Below are positions 57,603 through 64,000 of a stretch of DNA of 64,000 nt, one piece after another. The translations under genes and the position numbers were made by a program. The DNA comes from the human T2T-CHM13v2.0 reference genome, Homo sapiens. The notes beneath the pieces were generated by a model. That model saw only the letters and a list, made by a program, of their open reading frames with translations. It made no database searches and was not told the origin of the DNA. Each line of letters opens with the position of its first letter. Position 1 is the stretch's first letter. The stretch lies in assembly GCF_009914755.1 (NCBI RefSeq), contig NC_060925.1, one strand, 5' to 3'.

Positions 57603-57780
57603 CAGTGGCTCTCAACCTTGGCCTGTGCATTAGAATCACCTGCAGAGCTTTTAAAAAATGCAGATGCCTGGGTTCCATTCCAGACCCAGAATATCAGAAT
57701 TTTCTGAGATAAACCCAGGGTAGTATGTTTTCAGAAAGCTACTCAGATGCCTTTAAACCACTCTCACTAGGAACCACTAA
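57603..57780. mobile_element. MER5-like hAT element
   Basis: cagtggctctcaaccttggc..cattagaatcacctg..gaaccact. Confidence 0.75.
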
Positions 57781-59234
57781 TTTAAGGTCACTTATAGACT
57801 TTTTCTTTCAGAAGTTAGAGTCTTGGGTTGAAAGGCCCCTTATAAGGCTATGTGGCCAACCATCCAACAGATGATTACCCCTACAATATCCTATAGAGTC
57901 AGTTTAATACTTTTTGATGGTCTAGTATATACTGGACAGGATGAACAGCACTTTTAAATATAATTTATTCCTTTTTCCCTTTGACATTTTCTTGAAAGCC
58001 CAAAAGGAAAAAAAAGCACATTATTCCCTTTCTCCTACTTGGCCAATTTTGACTTCTTCCTGCCTTGGGACTAATGCTAAAATTCAGCATGGCTGTTTTG
58101 GTGTCATAGCTTCAAATTATTTATTGGCTTATTATGCCAAAACATTTTATTTTGGCCACCCTAGCCTTGTTGGCATACAGCTCTGGGAATATTGTCAGAT
58201 GAGGCAACTGCTGCCAGGAAAAGGAGCATAAACAGTTGTTACAAATTCAGAGGCTATTTGGTTTTGTGTTTTAATTTCTTAATACACGCATGGCAGATTT
58301 AAAAAAATCATTGTTTTGTGGAGCTGGTGAATACAACAGCCAGATAGTAAGACAAAATTAAACCTACAATGGGATTGTCAGTATGCCTTTCATAGCAGAG
58401 ACTCAAAGTGGAAAATCTTGTGGCTACACACTATAATTCCCTGTGACAACAATAACTAAAAATGCAAAGTCTTTATTTTTTCCATTTCAATCACCCTGTT
58501 GATATGAGCTAGTTAGTTCTCATTCTGTCTTTTGGGTTTTGCTAGTTGTCATTAAAGGAAATTCCAGGCAATAAAAAGCATATAAAATCCAAACACATTA
58601 AGGGTTTTTCCATCTTCATTTTTTATATGACCATCTATAAAATAACATGGACATTTTTGGACATAAAAGCAATGCTGCAGCTGAGTCAAAACAAGAGGAA
58701 ATACAGTCTGAGTGATCTCTATTATATAGTTAGTCATTCAAAAGAAAAACAGGCTGTGTGCTATGCAATTTAAATGAGGTACAAAGCAGCTCTTGTGTTC
58801 ATTCAAGGAATGTTAGAAATTCAGTTAGTTATTTCAGGAAGTAGATAAGAAACCTAAAAGACATTTCCATTGAGATGCATTGTGAGCATTTTAATTTAAA
58901 ATTACAAGTCTATTGAAAAACCACATACTGTATTTAAGCTCCATTTACATGACAAAGGCACAAAAAATGGAGTGGTGATCTCATAATTCTTTTCTTACCA
59001 CGTCCTTGTAGTATTTTTATTAAAAGTATTTTTAGGTAATAATTTATTGTGATACAAAAGAACAGAATTACTAATTTTAAAAAAGTCCACCAAAGAAAAC
59101 TATAGCTGTATCCCATAAATATACACAAATGTAATATATGAAAAAAATGAAAACAAAAACAAAACAAGACAAAACAACAAAAAATTCCTCTCCCACGGGG
59201 TTAGGAAGGTGAGGATGCTCCTCCTGCTGCCCGG

Positions 59235-59248
59235 CCAGCAGATGGCAC
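59235..59248 (+). promoter_or_regulatory. CTCF motif (intronic)
   Basis: CCAGCAGATGGCAC in a locally GC-richer patch within AT-rich intron. Confidence 0.65.
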
Positions 59249-60412
59249 AGTCCTGTAGCCGGTCAGTGCTGCAGTCCCTCCCAGGTGGGGTCAGCAGCTT
59301 CCTCCTCTGAATAGTTTCAGGAAAGTTTTAGCTAAAGGTACCACCTCCCCTGACCTCCCTCCCTCTCTCCCTTCCCTCCCTTCATCCTTCCCTCCCTTCC
59401 CTCCCTCCCTTCATCTTTCCTTCCTTAAGAAAATTTTTTTTTCTCCAATTGACTGGAAGAGTGAATGCTACCAATGAGGTCAAGTTAAAAATCATTACTG
59501 AGAATTACTGTGAGTCCCTCCTGAGGCAGATATTACTATCTGTCCTCCTGTGACGATAGCATGTAATTAATCCAGGTTTTTGGAAAAGAAGGCAATTTCA
59601 GGGATGGATCTAGAAAAAGAACAAGGTGAGATGTGGTATAGATTTACTCTTTCTTATGTCTTTTTCCCCCTTAATTAAAAAAATTAAAAACAGGGTAGTC
59701 TGTGGAAAAGACAGTCATCATGTAGAATGGTAAAGCAGGGGGTTAGGAGTTAGGCACACTTAGTTATTGGAGAATTATTTCTGTAAGTCAATCATAGCCT
59801 ACTTCCAACAATGTAACATATATATTTTTCCTAAACTTTAAAAAATTAAAGTATACAAAGTGTAATATATAAAGTATAACACACAAAGTGGCCCTCTGGA
59901 CCATGACTGCCTCCCTTCATCTTAAAATAACTATTATTCTGACAGGTAACAGTAGAGAGTAGCTTTGCCTCTTGTTTAACTATGTGCATGAAAGAATAGA
60001 ATATTTATTCTTTGGGGGGGTTGGCTTCTTTTGTTCAAACTTTGGAGTAACTGGAGTACTCATCTTTTTAGAGAAGGCAAACATTCCTTCTGGAAGAGTA
60101 CAAACAGGTCTAATGCCTGTGTGCTAATTAATTTGTCTTACATTATTTTTTTTTTTTTTACAGGTAGAGGGGTATGAAGGTGAGATGCAAAGTTGGGAGA
60201 AAAACTATAGGAAATGCAGGTTGCTCTAAAAACTAATTTGGCCTAAATAATAGTATTTCTAGGATCAGACTTGCTGTTAAATATCTAGCATTTGTTCAAA
60301 CCAACCTAACTTCTAGTACCTTTGCCATATGGATGGTAAAATGCAGTAATAATGTCTTCCTTTCTTCTTTCCCTAGATTGGTACCCTGTATTAAATGTGT
60401 TGTGGTGGCCAG

Positions 60413-60676
60413 GCCTGTAATCCCAGCACTTTGGGAGGCCGAGGCAGGCAGATCACTTGAGGTCAGGAGTTCGAGACCAGCCTGGCCAACACGGTGAAAC
60501 CCCATCTCTACTAAAAATTCAAAAATTAGCTGGGCGTGGTGGCGGGTGCCTATAATCCCAGTTACTCAGGAGGCTGAGGCAGGAGAATCTCTTGAAAGTG
60601 GGAGGCAGAGATTGCAGTGAGCCAAGATCAAGCCACTGCTCTCCAGCCTGGGCAACAGAGTGAGACTCCATCTTAA
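60413..60676 (+). mobile_element. Alu (AluS-like), head and tail eroded
   Basis: Alu consensus body. Confidence 0.92.
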
Positions 60677-61576
60677 ATGAATCAATGAATGAGTGGATGA
60701 ATGAATTTATGTGTTCTGGGCTTTTTAGCTGAGAATTGCTAAACTCTTCCTAGATGGATGATTTCATTTAAATATACAATGCACACACTATTAACTCTAC
60801 TATAATCTCAAATGGCAAGATGATGATCTCCATAAGAATCCACTTCATTAACCAAGAGTAGATTGCAACCCATTACAAAGTATTTCAAATGCAATAAAAC
60901 TACCCAGAAACCCTTGGGGCTCTCAGCTTTACCTAAACATGTAAGAAGTAGATTCTGAAGGAACCAAGTACTCAGAGAGCAGTGACAGAGGTGAGAAGTA
61001 ATCAAGCTTTCGGTGTGTAGCACAGGAAGGCACAATTCACCTCTGTTTAAGTAATATGCCCTTTAAAGAGATGCCCAAGTGACCAGGGACTTCTCTACAG
61101 AGGAAAGAACTGAGACATCAAGGTTTACAAGGGAAAAAATAAATATCTGGTACCAAACTCACACCTATCCTGAGACTGCTCAGATCCTGGATACCAGTAA
61201 AAAATGGAAAGTCAGGAGATAGGTGGAAAGACACGGAAGGAGCAGACAAGCTCGGCTAGAACCAATCTATGGCAAAATAATTAGAAAAGGTTTTCTAATT
61301 AAAAAAGAAGATTCAGTATGGAGTAGGTTGGGCAACTGGGGCCAGGGGAATCAGGGCCCAGGAAACTTGTTTCTGGAACTGTAAGATCCCACTCAAAATG
61401 ATTATTTCATCAGGTCTCAGTATTTTGAACTGTAAAATGGGAAAAACAAAGCCAATACCACTTTTATCACTTATAAGTGATATATTTGTCTCTATTCATC
61501 TGTCTTCCTGCCTGTCTATAATAACATGGAGTATTTATATTTCTATGTTAGTTAGCAATTAATAATTGCCCCATTA

Positions 61577-62586
61577 GATCTAATTAAATGAAGGAGCTTC
61601 TGCACAGCAAAAGAAACTATCATCGGAGTGAACAGGCAACCTACAGAATGGGAGAAAATTTTTGCAATCTACTCATCTGACAAAGGGTTAATATCCAGAA
61701 TCTACAAAGAACTCAAACAAACTTACAAGAAAAAAACAAACAACCCCATCAACAAGTGGGCAAAGGATATGAACAGACACTTCTCAAAAGAAGACATTTA
61801 TGCAGCCAACAGACACATGAAAAAATGCTCATCATCACTGGCCATCAGAGAAATGCAAATCAAAACCACAATGAGATACCATCTCACACCAGTTAGAATG
61901 GCAATCATTAAAAAGTCAGGAAACAACAGGTGCTGGAGAGGATGTGGAGAAATAGGAACACTTTTACACTGTTGGTGGGACTGTCAACTAGTTCAACCAT
62001 TGTGGAAGACAGTGTGGCGATTCCTCAAGGATCTAGAACTAGAAATACCATTTGACCCAGCCATCCCGTTACTGAGTATATACCCAAAGGATTATAAATC
62101 ATGCTGCTATAAAGACACATGCACACGTATGTTTACTGTGGCACTATTCACAATAGCAAAGACTTGGAACCAACCCAAATGTCCATCAATGATAGACTGG
62201 ATTAAGAAAATGTGGCACATATACACCATGGAATACTATGCAGCCATAAAAAAGGATGAGTTCATGTCCTTTGTAGGGACATGGATGAAGCTGGAAACCA
62301 TCATTCTCAACAAACTATCACAAGAGCAAAAAACCAAACACTGCATGTTCTCACTCACAGGTGGGAATTGAACAATGAGAACACTTGGACACAGGATGGG
62401 GAACATCACACACCGGGGCCTGTCGTGGGATGGGGGAGGGTGGAGGGATAGCATTGGGAGATATACCTAATGTAAATAACGAGTTAATAGGTGCAGCATA
62501 CCAACATGGCACATGTATACATATATAACAAACCTGCATACTGTGCACATGTACCCTAGAACTTAAAGTATAATAAAAAAAGAAAA
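61577..62586 (+). mobile_element. 5'-truncated primate L1 (L1PA4/5-like) with 16-bp TSD
   Basis: ORF 61628-62371 is the ORF2p C-terminus with the CCHC knuckle ([18 protein letters not shown]); 3' UTR and A-tail present; TSD aataattgccccatta at 61561-61576 and 62587-62602. Confidence 0.97.
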
Positions 62587-64000
62587 AATAATTGCCCCAT
62601 TATTAATTTTATTGATGGTTGTAACATAGAAACCAAACTGCTCTCAAATAAATAAAGCAGCTGAGTTCATGCAAACCTGAGTTTCACCAACCCATTTCGA
62701 ACCTGTGACTATTTCCTTAGGAGAGCTCATTATTCCCCAGATCAGTTTGTCCTCTTATTTTCACTACAAGGTAACATGACATTTTTGATGCTAGAAACAT
62801 GGCAGGTGGGCATTCACCAAATCCACAGGCCTGTGGTTTAGGCAGTACATTTGCTGATGGAAAATGCAATCTCCAACGAATGCCTTTCTAGCTAGTGAGG
62901 ATTATTTATAGGTTCTGACAAGTAGAAAAGGAACATCATTATTAACACTAACTCGAATGAACTCTACAGGGAGGAGGACTATAAAGTCTTCATAGGATGC
63001 CCTTAACAGATGTGGTCTGAGAGAATTTGACCATGGGAAGGGAAAGATGAAGAGAGAAATAGGGGTGAGTTGCCAAGCCATGCAATAGGACTTAGGGCTT
63101 GGGGTTTTTTTCCTAGGTCATCAGTGGTCCTCTTTTCTGACTGCAGGGTCTTCCTTTTCCAATGTTGGTCCAACATCTCTGAAACAATGCAGGGCTTTCT
63201 CCTCAAAGACCCAGATTGCTCCCTCACGGTGATAATCTTGTCTTCCTCACTGTTAAGTTCCTACTTCTTCAGATCTCACCTGCCCCTTCCACCTGTACCC
63301 CTGGAAACCCACTAGAAACTCTACGAGTTGAGCTGGTTTGCTCACATCTCATCAATGTACTTTGCTCAGTCTTTGCTTATGCCATGTCCCCACCTGTAAT
63401 TTTCTCTCATTGAATTCTACCCTGTCAAATGCCATCCATCCTTCAAGACTCACATCTAGTCTCATTTTTCTCTACAAAGCTTTCTCTGAATATCTAGGCC
63501 TCAGGGAACGCCCCCTTTTCCTCTGAACTTTGAAGAGCAGTTAGGGCCTATATCATATAACGTAGTGCTAATTAGTCATATTTGATTACCTTTTATTTTG
63601 TTATGTGTTAGTCTCTCTAGACTATTTGAGTTACAGACCTATTGAGGTAGGGACCAAATGATTTGAGTTAGGGACCTGGTCTACCCAGAATGGCAGAAGG
63701 GGCCACTTTTTCTAGTTGGTCCACCCAGAAGAAGTTCTTTCTGCTAATACACACAAATGCATGGTATAGACCAGCTTAAACCCTCTCATCTTATAATCGA
63801 TCTCAGACATATGCAGACCAGCCTAGGTACCACGGATAGATACCACAGTCCCTAAGGAGAAAAATAATCTTCCTAGACCTCCTGAGTGACACCATTTATC
63901 AAATGTTTTCTTTCAAGACACCAGCTTTTTTTATATGCAAGAAGTTGACATGAACTTCCAGATGGAGCAGAACAAAAGACATTCTCTAAAGTAAACGAAC

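Overview
Human (primate) genomic DNA, repeat-rich, with one protein-coding gene. The minus strand carries the last two coding exons of DDAH1 (dimethylarginine dimethylaminohydrolase 1): 39540-39683 and 36257-36373. These are followed by a ~3 kb 3' UTR ending shortly after an AATAAA at 33309-33314. Both exons are absent from the supplied ORF track and were found by reading splice sites and translating by hand. Everything right of 39683 is one long DDAH1 intron; 1-33.3 kb lies downstream of DDAH1 (from memory, chr1p22, towards BCL10; not verifiable from the sequence). The rest is Alu, L1, L2, MIR, hAT (MER5/MER33) and LTR (MER52, MaLR, MLT2, LTR33) remnants plus microsatellites. Repeat subfamily names and many repeat boundaries are by-eye and approximate. 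I found no new protein-coding system; the listed ORFs are chance, Alu- or L1-derived. The most striking observation is a DDAH1 3' UTR site complementary to miR-21-5p at 15 of 16 positions (nt 2-17), with the single mismatch at the slicing position 10 and a U19 tract beside it. Also notable: two perfect inverted repeats (366-446, 8006-8057), a 51-nt Z-DNA tract, a compact G4 in the 3' UTR and two strong CTCF motifs.
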